Assembly (NCBI GenBank): GCA_965219995.1
Contig: CBDCOX010000002.1
Coordinates: forward strand, 1,984,001 to 2,048,000
DNA length: 64,000 bases
DNA from: Candidatus Latescibacterota bacterium
Lineage (GTDB): Bacteria; Latescibacterota; UBA2968; GCA-2709665
Direction: 5' to 3'
Position 1 is the first letter of the stretch. Every line of letters starts with the position of its first letter. Below, piece after piece: positions 47,938 through 57,400 of this stretch. Under the pieces are notes generated by a model, which was not told the origin of the DNA, made no database searches, and saw nothing but the letters and a program-made list of their open reading frames with translations. The position numbers and the translations under genes are program-made.

Positions 47938-48885
47938 TCAGAAATACAATGAACCCGAGATGCGGTAGGTATTGTCCAATTCGCCGTGCTCGAGAAAGGC
48001 GAGGTCGAAAGCAACCCGCCCACGAAGCCGGACGCCCGCGCCCGCGGTAAAGTGACTTCCCCTTGCGCCAAGGCGGAAAGCCAGCTTGTTCCGGTACAGG
48101 TATTCCACGCCAATCCGCACACCCTGGAAACTGTCTGCCTCGGATTCATCCTCACCGATGTTCAAACTCCCGCTGCAGGTGATCCGTCCGTCAATCGCCG
48201 GGACCGACCGGGCGAGCGCCAGGCCGATGACAAGAACCGTGGGAACCCGGTCCGTAGAGCCCGTGTCGAAGGTGATCTTCATGGGGATGAGATTGCGAAT
48301 CTTCATGCCGGCCGTCAGGCCGGGCCGCGGCACATACAGCATCCCGAAATCAAACCCGAAACCCGATCCCGTACCGGTGCCCAGCCTTCGGGACACAAGC
48401 TTCACGCCAGTGCCGGCGAACAGATTCGGCCTCAGGCCTCGGCCGAAGCCAAGGTGAAGGTGGTATTCGGTTGTACCGACGACACGAGTGACGACGGGTC
48501 TGTTGTCCGGACCCGGCGAAAGTGCGGGGTCCTCAAGGGTCGTGAGCTTGACGTTGTCGACACCGAGGCGTGTCAGACCGATGCCGAAGCCGCCGTGCGG
48601 AGACGGGCCGCACACCGTGAAGACGTCATGTTTGACCGTGCCGCCAAACTGTTCGGCATGCTGGATCTGCAATTCTCTCTGCCGGAGTCTGTGAAGGCCC
48701 GCCGGATTCCAGTAAATGGCGGTTGCATCGTCACTGACGGCCACAAACGCGCTTCCCATCCCAAGCGGTCTCGCGCCCGTGCCCAGCAGCAGAGGGTCTT
48801 CCGAGTATCGCGTTTCGTTCTGCGCGGAAACGGGTGCGGGCCTCGACAGAGCCAGCATCAGTGTCATGAGGAGAAACGGCTTCAC
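47938..48885 (-). CDS. PorV/PorQ family outer-membrane barrel
   Basis: Signal peptide, GTGARPLGMGSAFVAVSDDATAIYWNPAGL, terminal YF. Confidence 0.88.
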   Translation of the reverse strand: MKPFLLMTLMLALSRPAPVSAQNETRYSEDPLLLGTGARPLGMGSAFVAVSDDATAIYWNPAGLHRLRQRELQIQHAEQFGGTVKHDVFTVCGPSPHGGFGIGLTRLGVDNVKLTTLEDPALSPGPDNRPVVTRVVGTTEYHLHLGFGRGLRPNLFAGTGVKLVSRRLGTGTGSGFGFDFGMLYVPRPGLTAGMKIRNLIPMKITFDTGSTDRVPTVLVIGLALARSVPAIDGRITCSGSLNIGEDESEADSFQGVRIGVEYLYRNKLAFRLGARGSHFTAGAGVRLRGRVAFDLAFLEHGELDNTYRISGSLYF

Positions 48886-49469
48886 GGCGAGGGCTCCCGG
48901 GGCGTGGTTTCGGCGACGGGAACGAGTATGGCGGTGCCTCCCGGCTGAAGTGCGGATCCCAGGGCTTTGATGTGCGATGAATCGAGGACGATGACGCCGG
49001 ACTTTGCAGGATGGGGAAATTCGGCAGGCTGAATAAGCAGGGAAGGAGAAAAATAGAGCCTGGAACGAGCCCGGGGACCCTCGATCAGCCGGCCGCTGAA
49101 GTCGAGCGGTAAACGGCGGCCACGAAGCCTGAGTCCGGAATTCCCGGGTTCGACGCTTACCGGATCGAGCCGGGCGATCATCCGGAGTCGGGAAGACGAT
49201 CGGGGCAATGCTCCTGTAAGTCGATATTCCTTAATGGCGCAGGCCCTGAGGATGTGGGCGCCGGCTTTCAGATAGACTTTGCGGGACGGAAGATCGATGA
49301 CGAGATAATAGGCGCTCGGGTTCTTTCGCGCGAACTCAAGCTCAAGTTCCAGGGCCTGTTTTCTGTGCCGGAGCGCCTGCTCGAGTGAGTCGGGCACGCT
49401 CTCGCCGTCTGTCGCCGCGGCCGGTATGGATACGGCGAAATGGGTGGCAATGAGAACAGAGAGGATCAA
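48882..49469 (-). CDS. Secreted degenerate L,D-transpeptidase-like protein
   Basis: TTG start overlaps the upstream TGA. YLVIDLPSRKVYLK YkuD-type strand present, but KSGVIVL sits where SHGCIRL is expected. Confidence 0.55.
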   Translation of the reverse strand: MILSVLIATHFAVSIPAAATDGESVPDSLEQALRHRKQALELELEFARKNPSAYYLVIDLPSRKVYLKAGAHILRACAIKEYRLTGALPRSSSRLRMIARLDPVSVEPGNSGLRLRGRRLPLDFSGRLIEGPRARSRLYFSPSLLIQPAEFPHPAKSGVIVLDSSHIKALGSALQPGGTAILVPVAETTPREPSP

Positions 49470-50089
49470 TAGATGTAGACACGGCTTCCCTTTTGCGCCC
49501 GGACGAACGTGGCTTCGAGGTCCCCGTCGTTCAGACGGATGCACCCGTGCGTGATGTTTCGTCCTATGAGGTTCGGATAGAGGTTGCCGTGAATCTCGTA
49601 CCCGTCGCCCAACTCGAGGGCAAATTTGCCAAGTGTGACCGGATCCAGACGCTCGAAATCCCATGGCAGTACCGGAGCCGTCCGACCTGCCTCCACAAAG
49701 GCCCATTCCGGTTTCTTCCATATTGGATTCACCACTTTTCGCCGGACTTCGAATCGCCCTTTCGGTGTGTCGAACCGCCAGGATTTCCGATTGTCGCTCA
49801 ACAGAATCTTGCCGCTGCCGCTTGCACAGACCGCTTCATCCAGGAGACGGTTTCGGCGCCAGACCTGCAGCCGATTGTGTACCGTGTCGATGACAAACCG
49901 CGGTTTTTCATCCAGCATACCGTCCAGGGCGGCCTCCAGCCTTTCTATTTCCACGGCAAGACGCTTTGCCGTGGAGGAGGTGGACGCGCCCGGCTGCCCG
50001 GAACCCTGGCTGCGCACGTCCGGCGTGCTATTTCGGCAGGCGGCGACGAAGACCAGAGGCAGGAGCAGAAAAACAGGAAACCGGCGCAT
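49466..50089 (-). CDS. L,D-transpeptidase (YkuD family) lipoprotein
   Basis: Lipobox VAAC, TPKGRF.V, P.W..P.W, IHG...IG..ITHGCIRL. Confidence 0.9.
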   Translation of the reverse strand: MRRFPVFLLLPLVFVAACRNSTPDVRSQGSGQPGASTSSTAKRLAVEIERLEAALDGMLDEKPRFVIDTVHNRLQVWRRNRLLDEAVCASGSGKILLSDNRKSWRFDTPKGRFEVRRKVVNPIWKKPEWAFVEAGRTAPVLPWDFERLDPVTLGKFALELGDGYEIHGNLYPNLIGRNITHGCIRLNDGDLEATFVRAQKGSRVYIY

Positions 50090-50176
50090 TCCTACAGTCC
50101 CTAAAACCGGAAAACCGAGAAGAGTGCGCACTTCTCGGTTTTCCATTGTCAAACAACTATTGAACATTGCGATGGA

Positions 50177-50779
50177 CTAACGCAGGTACCAGGCTTTGTT
50201 CTCCTCTTTCCAATCTTCGATTTTCTGCATTGCGGTACTGACCGCGTCCTGTACCCCACCCAACTTGCTCTCTCCGGCCTGTGCCTGGGCAAGGGCATCC
50301 TTGAACATGCCGTTTTCCAGGCTGCCCTTTGCGCTGTTCAACGACGCTTCGGCCTCGCCAAGATCCGCATCGAGCTGGTCCAGGTCTTCGTCTGCACCCT
50401 TGCCGCGGGGCGCCGCGTTCAGCGCTTCCCGGGCATCCGCCAGGCCGGAAGAGGCCGAATCGATGATCGCCTGAGCGTCGTCGCGGGTCTTGGCCTTGTT
50501 GGTTTCCGCCTGAGTCACGGACTGGTTCGCGCGTTCCTCCGCCTCGATGGCGGCGGCTCTGGCCTCCGTGTATTCGCCCTGTTCAACTTTGTCTTTGGCA
50601 TCTTTCAGGGTATTCGTTGCCGAACGGAAAATCTCCTCGGCATAGACGTCGGCCTCGGCGGCCTTGGCTTTACTGAGGGCGCCTTCGGCGGCCTTGATTT
50701 CCTCCTCGGGAGGTTGTTCGCAGGCCACAAAGGCGGCGGCAAAACAGACAACAAGACCGATTCTCAGGACAGATCGCAT
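50177..50779 (-). CDS. DUF4398-type coiled-coil lipoprotein
   Basis: Lipobox FVAC, PP.EE...A..A...A..A.A..YA pattern, AGGAGG RBS. Confidence 0.7.
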   Translation of the reverse strand: MRSVLRIGLVVCFAAAFVACEQPPEEEIKAAEGALSKAKAAEADVYAEEIFRSATNTLKDAKDKVEQGEYTEARAAAIEAEERANQSVTQAETNKAKTRDDAQAIIDSASSGLADAREALNAAPRGKGADEDLDQLDADLGEAEASLNSAKGSLENGMFKDALAQAQAGESKLGGVQDAVSTAMQKIEDWKEENKAWYLR

Positions 50780-50878
50780 CTCCCCTCCTTGGTTGATAAG
50801 ACGTCGAATGATGGCAACAAGTCTAACAGAAATAACTATTTCCGAAACAAATCACAGTGAATGCACCGATACAGGAAG

Positions 50879-50907
50879 AAGATACATCCAACGTATGACA
50901 ATGTCAA
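50879..50907 (-). promoter_or_regulatory. Sigma70 promoter of the lipoprotein-LDT-PorV operon
   Basis: TTGACA-N17-TATCTT, with the same hexamers as the promoter at 37915. Confidence 0.7.
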
Positions 50908-51021
50908 GCGATTTCTCCAGAAATTTCGCGGCTGCAGGCGCCGGATGAATTCAACTCCCAACCGCAGAAAACAGCAGGAATTCCTCCCGTTGTCCGGCGC
51001 TGGCGGAGCAGTCCTTTACGG

Positions 51022-51050
51022 TTGCGTGCCCTTGGCGCAATCGCTATATT
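51022..51050 (+). promoter_or_regulatory. Possible promoter for the small membrane gene
   Basis: TTGCGT-N17-TATATT. Confidence 0.4.
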
Positions 51051-51249
51051 TCGCGCACTGCAACTCACGGGTGCGCCCGGGCCGCAATGCAGTCCGGACC
51101 CGCTGCTGATCCGCTTCCGAAATCGGAGGCAGAGATCGGAAACCCGCCGGTTCCGGCAGTCGTGGTTTCTCTGCCGGATCATTCATCAGGCCCCCGAACT
51201 CGTCAACATAACGGTTTCGTGGTACTGGCAAAGTCCACAGGAGGAATCC

Positions 51250-51486
51250 GTGGGTTTCGAGAATCTGCTGGGTGTGGCCGCGCTTTCGGTTCTGGGAGCG
51301 CTGCTGCTTCGATGGCTTGGGGTTCCCAATCGTTGGACGCCGGTGTCGCCGCTGGTTCTGTCGACCCTCATCGTCGCGTTCTTCGGAGAGCTTGACTCGG
51401 CTGGCGACGTGTTCAGGAGCGCGCTGGTCAGCGGGCTCTTCGCCAATGGGTTCTTATTCCTTCTTCTTGGCACCCGGAATGGATGA
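51250..51486 (+). CDS. Small 78-aa membrane protein, holin-like
   Basis: AGGAGG RBS before GTG 51250. Three hydrophobic segments; LRWLGVPNRWTP...L...ALVSGLFA.G pattern. Confidence 0.55.
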   Translation: MGFENLLGVAALSVLGALLLRWLGVPNRWTPVSPLVLSTLIVAFFGELDSAGDVFRSALVSGLFANGFLFLLLGTRNG

Positions 51487-52623
51487 TCTGATCCGAAGGC
51501 GATTCAGGTCGTCAAGAAGTTGCTTGGCGTCGAACACAACCGAATTTTTCGAAATGCGTTTCTCCTTGCGCACGTAGGTTTCAAGCGCTTCGCGGGCGTT
51601 TTCATAACGACCGTCGCGAAAGCAGGCCAATCCCAGGTAGTAGTAGCCGTCTGTCTGCAGGGAATCGATCCTGACCGCGTTCGCCAGGTGCGTGATGGCA
51701 CTGTCGTAGTCGCGATGGTTGAAATGCGACACCCCCAATTTGAGATGGACCGAGGCATCGTCGGCCCCCGCCGCAATCGCTTTCCGGTAGGTGTTTACCG
51801 CTGCCTTGTAGTCCCCCCGATTGAACGCCAGGTTGCCAAGGCTGACAAACGCTTCGCCGTATTCCGGATCGATCTCCAGTGCCTTCAGGTACGCGGCCCT
51901 CGCCTTCCCGAGTTTCCCTTCCTGGGCGTAGGCCATTCCAAGATTTCTATAGATATAGCGGCGTTCCGTGGCGTCGTACTGGAACCGGAGCGCCTGTTCG
52001 TAGATCTCAATGGCCTTGTCGGTTTTTCCCGTGTATATATAGGTAAGGCCGAGGTTGAGATACGCATCCGTGAACTTGTCGTTAAGCGTAATCGCCCGCC
52101 GGTATTCCGCAATGGCCTGATCGGCGTATCCTTTGTGGTAATAGGCCAGACCCATCAGATTTCGCACGAATGCAGACCCCGGCTTAAGTTCCAGGGCGGT
52201 CTTGTATTGCGCCAGGGCCGAGTCGTAATTCCCCTGGTGATAGTGTGTTCTGCCCAGGTCGACCCGTGCGTGAAAAATTCGTGGATTGACACGAATTGAC
52301 CGTTTCAGGTATTCAATCCGTTCATCCGGACGGGCCAGCAGCCGACCGTAAAGGTAGAGGCCGACGGCCGACCCGGGTCTGGCCTGCAGGCGCCTCAGGT
52401 ATTCGGCAAGCACCTCCCGCCGGCGTTTCGACTTGAGCATCAGGTCCTGGTAGTGCATATTCGCCTGGATGTCCTCGGGCCTGACCTTGACCAGACGCCG
52501 AAAATGAGCCAGTTCGGCTTCGCTCCCCTCGCCTTCAGCGCCCTCGACCTGGCATCCGAACCATCCGGTGCCAAGAAGCAATAGTAAAATCAGACTCGAC
52601 AACACTTGCTCTCCGCGAGACAA
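51454..52623 (-). CDS. TPR-repeat lipoprotein
   Basis: Hydrophobic N-terminus ending WFGC, about 8 canonical TPRs. Start uncertain. Confidence 0.85.
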   Translation of the reverse strand: MSRGEQVLSSLILLLLLGTGWFGCQVEGAEGEGSEAELAHFRRLVKVRPEDIQANMHYQDLMLKSKRRREVLAEYLRRLQARPGSAVGLYLYGRLLARPDERIEYLKRSIRVNPRIFHARVDLGRTHYHQGNYDSALAQYKTALELKPGSAFVRNLMGLAYYHKGYADQAIAEYRRAITLNDKFTDAYLNLGLTYIYTGKTDKAIEIYEQALRFQYDATERRYIYRNLGMAYAQEGKLGKARAAYLKALEIDPEYGEAFVSLGNLAFNRGDYKAAVNTYRKAIAAGADDASVHLKLGVSHFNHRDYDSAITHLANAVRIDSLQTDGYYYLGLACFRDGRYENAREALETYVRKEKRISKNSVVFDAKQLLDDLNRLRIRSSIPGAKKKE

Positions 52624-52913
52624 TAGTCAACGTAGGGATGTCACTGACACCGGCCCTGTACGCACCTCGCGTATGGACGGCCACGCGAATATTTCCGCCA
52701 GACGGCAATATTGGCCACAAGAGGCCGGCAGTTATCAGTCCGTTTAAAAAGTCGCTCTGCAGGCGAGGCCGAGTCATTGTGGCCGAAGACAAGGCGCGTG
52801 ACCGACGCGAATCCCTGGATTCGGGGAGGGAGCGCAACGCCGTATTTCGGTCACAAGGGCCGGACGTAGCCCGGATGGACTTTTTCAACGGGCTGTTATG
52901 GACCCGGCTACGA

Positions 52914-52948
52914 AAAGGGGGTGATAGCATCGTCTCTATCGCCCCTTT
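52914..52948. terminator. Bidirectional terminator-like hairpin
   Basis: aaagggggtgatag...ctatcgccccttt. Confidence 0.6.
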
Positions 52949-53204
52949 ATTGCTGCATGCGGATGCTGAGCCGCAGTTCCATACAAATTGTTAAAATCCA
53001 ACAGCTTATATCAAGTTAATTCCGTCGGGGCAGTCGGGGGGCCGGAGTCGACGCGGAATGCCCGGTTTCCGGAATGCGAAGTGGCGTGAACCGACGGCGC
53101 TGGTCGGTGAATCCGGCAATATCCGACGGCATGGGCCGTTCGACCGCGGCTGCGGCAACCGCACCGGCCGGCGCGGCGGGAAGGACGGGCTCGCCGACGT
53201 GCTC

Positions 53205-54056
53205 CTATCTGTCTTTCTTCAGGAGGATATTCAACGGTCGTTTGGGCTTGTAGAGGTAAATTACGTCGGCCGGGTCGAGCATGGTGTTGAAGATGGCGAT
53301 TTCGTCGATCTTGCCGGAGTAGGCGGTCTTGTAATTGTTGAATCGAATGGCCATTTCGTCCAGGTTCCAGGAAATGTCTCGCCGGATGTCCTTCTTGCGA
53401 CCGATTTCTTCGCCGTCGACGAAGAGTGCGTATTCGGCATCGGTCTTCCCGCTGTTGATATTGGACCACGTGACGACGATATGGTGCCACTGATCGGATT
53501 TCCAATTCAGCCTCTCAAACCGGATCGTCCACTGTTTAACCAGTTCCTCCCCGACATTCTCCGTTTTGTCGGGGTAACAGCCGAATCGGAGGGCGCTGGG
53601 GGGACGATCCGTCCGGCTCTTGTCGAAGTCGACGAAGATGACCGCGTCGTCCCACTTCTTTCCGATGGAGAAGGGCTCGGGAAACTTTTCCTTGAAGTCG
53701 CTGTTGGGATCCACGCTCAACCAGAAAGAAACCCCCCCGGACCATGGGCCGCCGTCCCGATACGGAAAGTTGTCCTTGGCCTGATAGCTGAGGTAGGTTG
53801 CTCCGTTCGCGAACGATACGAACCCGTCTTCTTTGCCGCCGGTAAACTCATGCCGGGGCGGGCTGCTCGTTTCCATTGCCGCGACTGTGCCCTTCTTTTT
53901 CGTCATCGCTTCGAAACGGGATCTGTCGTCGAAGTTGGCAAAAAATAGGACATTCGCCGCGAGCTTTTCCTCGATTTTCTTTTCGGGACCACCGCAGGAG
54001 ATACAGCAGAGAATGGCAACCGGAATTGCGATCAGGCGGGGAGGGCACCGCAACAT
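53205..54056 (-). CDS. LamG/concanavalin-like jelly-roll lipoprotein
   Basis: Lipobox CISC, VSFWL, QWHHIVVTW, LFVDG, GKIDEIAIFN..L. Confidence 0.82.
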   Translation of the reverse strand: MLRCPPRLIAIPVAILCCISCGGPEKKIEEKLAANVLFFANFDDRSRFEAMTKKKGTVAAMETSSPPRHEFTGGKEDGFVSFANGATYLSYQAKDNFPYRDGGPWSGGVSFWLSVDPNSDFKEKFPEPFSIGKKWDDAVIFVDFDKSRTDRPPSALRFGCYPDKTENVGEELVKQWTIRFERLNWKSDQWHHIVVTWSNINSGKTDAEYALFVDGEEIGRKKDIRRDISWNLDEMAIRFNNYKTAYSGKIDEIAIFNTMLDPADVIYLYKPKRPLNILLKKDR

Positions 54057-54242
54057 AGGGCACTTCTCCTTTCGGGGGACGGTACGTTCGATGAACCGGT
54101 TTTACTTGCGGTTGCAGCGATTCACCAATATAAAGAATGTGTGTTGGGGCGCAAGCGTTTTTCTTGTTTCCGCCCTTCGGACGCGACCGGCGGGTGCCGC
54201 GAAGGTCAGAAAAATCAGATGATTAGAGCAAAGGAAAATGCC

Positions 54243-54271
54243 TTGACAACGGTATTCTTATTTATTATATC
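54243..54271 (+). promoter_or_regulatory. Sigma70 promoter upstream of the M28/FtsX gene
   Basis: TTGACA-N17-TATATC in an AT-rich patch. Confidence 0.5.
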
Positions 54272-54417
54272 CAAATTTTGCCGATCGCCGGGAACGGCCC
54301 GGATTTCGAACGATACATTCGATGACCGGCGACCGTGCGGAATGCTTTTTGTGTTCGGCTGACGGGGTTGATCCGACCGGAACGAAACTTGCGTTTCACA
54401 AGGTTCAGGAGTTCACA

Positions 54418-57400
54418 ATGCTGCGCAAACTCGGCGGCGCGATTCTGTGGTTGATCGCGATTTTCATGCTTTCGTCGGTTACCGTGTTCAATCCGGGACA
54501 GGTAACCGACTTTTTTATTCGTGTTTTCAATATCAAGCCGAGCGTTCCACAGATGCGTGAGGAGAAACCCTCCGAACGGGACGAACGCATCCAGGACTTC
54601 GCCGATCGGATCTCGGAGGCCAGTCTCCGGGAAACCGTTTCGGCTCTGGCCGGTATGGGATCCCGCGTACCGGGGTATCCGGGACACAGGAAGGCCTTCG
54701 AATACGTAAAAAACCGCTTCGAGACGCTGGGCCTGGAGGATATCACGGTTGAGGAACACCACGTCACGGTGCCCATCGACATGGGAGCGACTCTGGAGGA
54801 TCCGGAAACGGGACTCGCGATCCGGCTGTACGGGCTTTGGCCCAATCACGTTCAAACGCCTTCGCTGCCGGAAGGCGGGGTTTCCGGAGCACTGATCGAC
54901 GCCGGGGACGGTTCCTTCAAAGCGCTGAATTCAAAGCAGGTGGAGAACAGCATCGCTCTGATGCAATTCGATTGCGGCCAGAACTACCTCAACCCCCGCA
55001 TGCTGGGCGCGCAGGCCATCATCTTCTACGACAACGGCGGCGTAAGCAGAGGACAGGCCCTGGAGAAAATCCTCCAGGTACCGGTCGACGTGCCCAGGTT
55101 CTGGGTGGAGAAAGCCGACGCTGTCCGTCTCGCGGCACTCGCGCAGTCCGGTGCCACGCTCGTGAGGGTGACGTCCAGAATGTCCTGGGAAAAGGTCCCC
55201 ACGTGGAATATCTACGCCACCCTGCCCGGCTCCGACACTTTCGTCACGGAACGTGAAGAACGGAAGTGGAAGGACGAGATGGTTGTCCTGAGCTCATTTT
55301 ACGACGCCGTCTCCGTCGTGCCCGCATTGGCGCCGGGCGCGGAGAATGCCACCGGGCTGGCTGCCCTGCTGGAAGTCGCGGCAGCGCTGAAAGACGAATC
55401 GTGGCTCGACGGTTCCTCGCGTCTTGCACAACTCCCGCGGTACACGGTGAAATTCCTGGTAACGGGCGCTCACTTCCAGGGGTTGGCCGGGGTCAATGAC
55501 TTTCTCTTCAGGCATTCCAGGGAAAGCGACCACTTCCGGGAAAAGATTCCTGAGGATCAGAAGATCGACTTCCGGCTCTTCGTCGGCTTCGACCTGTCGA
55601 GCGAGACGGACCAGATCGCCAGCTTCTCTCACGGTACGTTTATCAACCCGAACTGGTCGACCAACAACTACGAAAACAACCTGCTTGCGCCCTACGCGAA
55701 GAAATTCAATAAATACCTGGCCAAGGTCTATCCTGGCGAAGCGCGTCACGTGGACGCCGTCGCGCCGCCGAAACGAACCTGGAAGAACTACATGCCCGTC
55801 CGGCTGGGATTCGACAGCGAGGCGGTCAAATTCGTCGGCAAGGAAGGCATTACCCTTGCCAGCCCGTCCACAACGCGCGAAAAGGTGGACACACCCGTCG
55901 ACCGGGTGGAATTCGTCAACTTCCCCAACCTGACCCTGCAAACCCGCACGGCAACCGGCATGCTGCTGAAAGCTCTGGAAGATCCTGAATTCTTCCGGGT
56001 GTCCAAACTCAAACTTCAAGACCTCGGACACAGTATGAAGGGGCGCATCCTCTGGTTCGAACGGGATGCGGATTTTGCGATTCCACGCGTACCCGTACCT
56101 GGGGCCATCGTCACGTATCAGCAGCCGGGGCCGGTTGCCAGCTGCGGCGGTGTCCGAACGCTCATTGTGGACAAGACCACGGAGGGTCCGAGATACGTGG
56201 GCGAACGCTCCCAGGGGGCCATGGTCGGTACGAAGGAGGAAGTGGAGGCCACCGGCCGATTTCAGTTCAACATCATGCGCAACCGGTTTACGAATCAGAT
56301 ATTGGCGTATGAAATCGACGATAACGGCAGAATCATATCGGCGCCGGACCTCGGCACGGAAGGAGAGGAGAAGTTCCCCACCCGGCAGGGTTACGGCTGG
56401 TGGGAGAACGAGATGCTGGCGGTCCTTTTCAAGTGCCGTTCTCTCAGCGTGTTTGAAATCATCGATTCCAGCTATCTTTCGGCGCTCGATTTCATGACCG
56501 TGCTGAACGCCGGCGACTCCCTGCCGATGGAATACGGGTACTATTATATCGAGAACCAGAGCATCAAGGAAGGCGACGTCACGCGGGCGGCGGTCGCATT
56601 TACCGCGATGAACCCCACAACCGGCAGTCCCGATCCCATCAAGATTCTGATGAGCACGGGCCTTTTCGGTGTGAAGTACCTGCTGACGAACGCCCCGGAG
56701 GCGTTGCTGGAACAGCCGGTGGACAAGTGGGACGTGGACGACGAACTCCTGGAACTGTCCCGCGGCGCCGGATATCCTCCCGGGGTCATCCTCCATCCGT
56801 CGTACAAGGCCGCCAAGGATATGTGGGTGGTCGACGATATCCGGATGAAACAGCTTGCGCAGTACGGAATTACAAACGCCCGTCTGGAAAAGCTGCACAC
56901 CCATGCGGCGGACGCGCTGAAACGGGCGCGTGAACATCTGGCGAACCACGACTACGAAGGATTTATCGCAGCGTCCAGAGAGGCATGGGGTCTGGAAGCA
57001 CGCGGATATCCCGAGGTCATGTCCACGGCAAACGACACCGTCCGCGGCATTATCTTTTATTTCATTCTCCTGCTGCCGTTTTCCTTTTTCTGCGAGCGGC
57101 TGCTGTTCGGCTTTCCGGATATCACCCGGCGTCTGGTCGGCTTCGCGGGAATCTTCGTGCTGTTTTTCATCATCCTTCGATACGTCCATCCGGCATTCAA
57201 GCTGAGCAGCACCCCCTACATCATTTTTCTCGCTTTCGTGATCATGGCGCTGGGCGGCATTGCGATGTTCATTGTCGTTTCCAAATTCGGCGAAGAGGTC
57301 CGGAAGATGAAACAGGCCTCGGCGGGAACCTACGAGGCCGACGTGGGTCGGTTGAGCGCGACCGCCGCTTCCATCATACTTGGCATCTCCAATCTGCGAA

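Noticed and set aside
48882-49721. Long N-terminal extensions given by the ORF track (also 2210, 8275, 26918, 39036, 54322)
   Set aside because: They overlap neighbouring genes or repeats, and downstream starts have better RBS or signal-peptide support.
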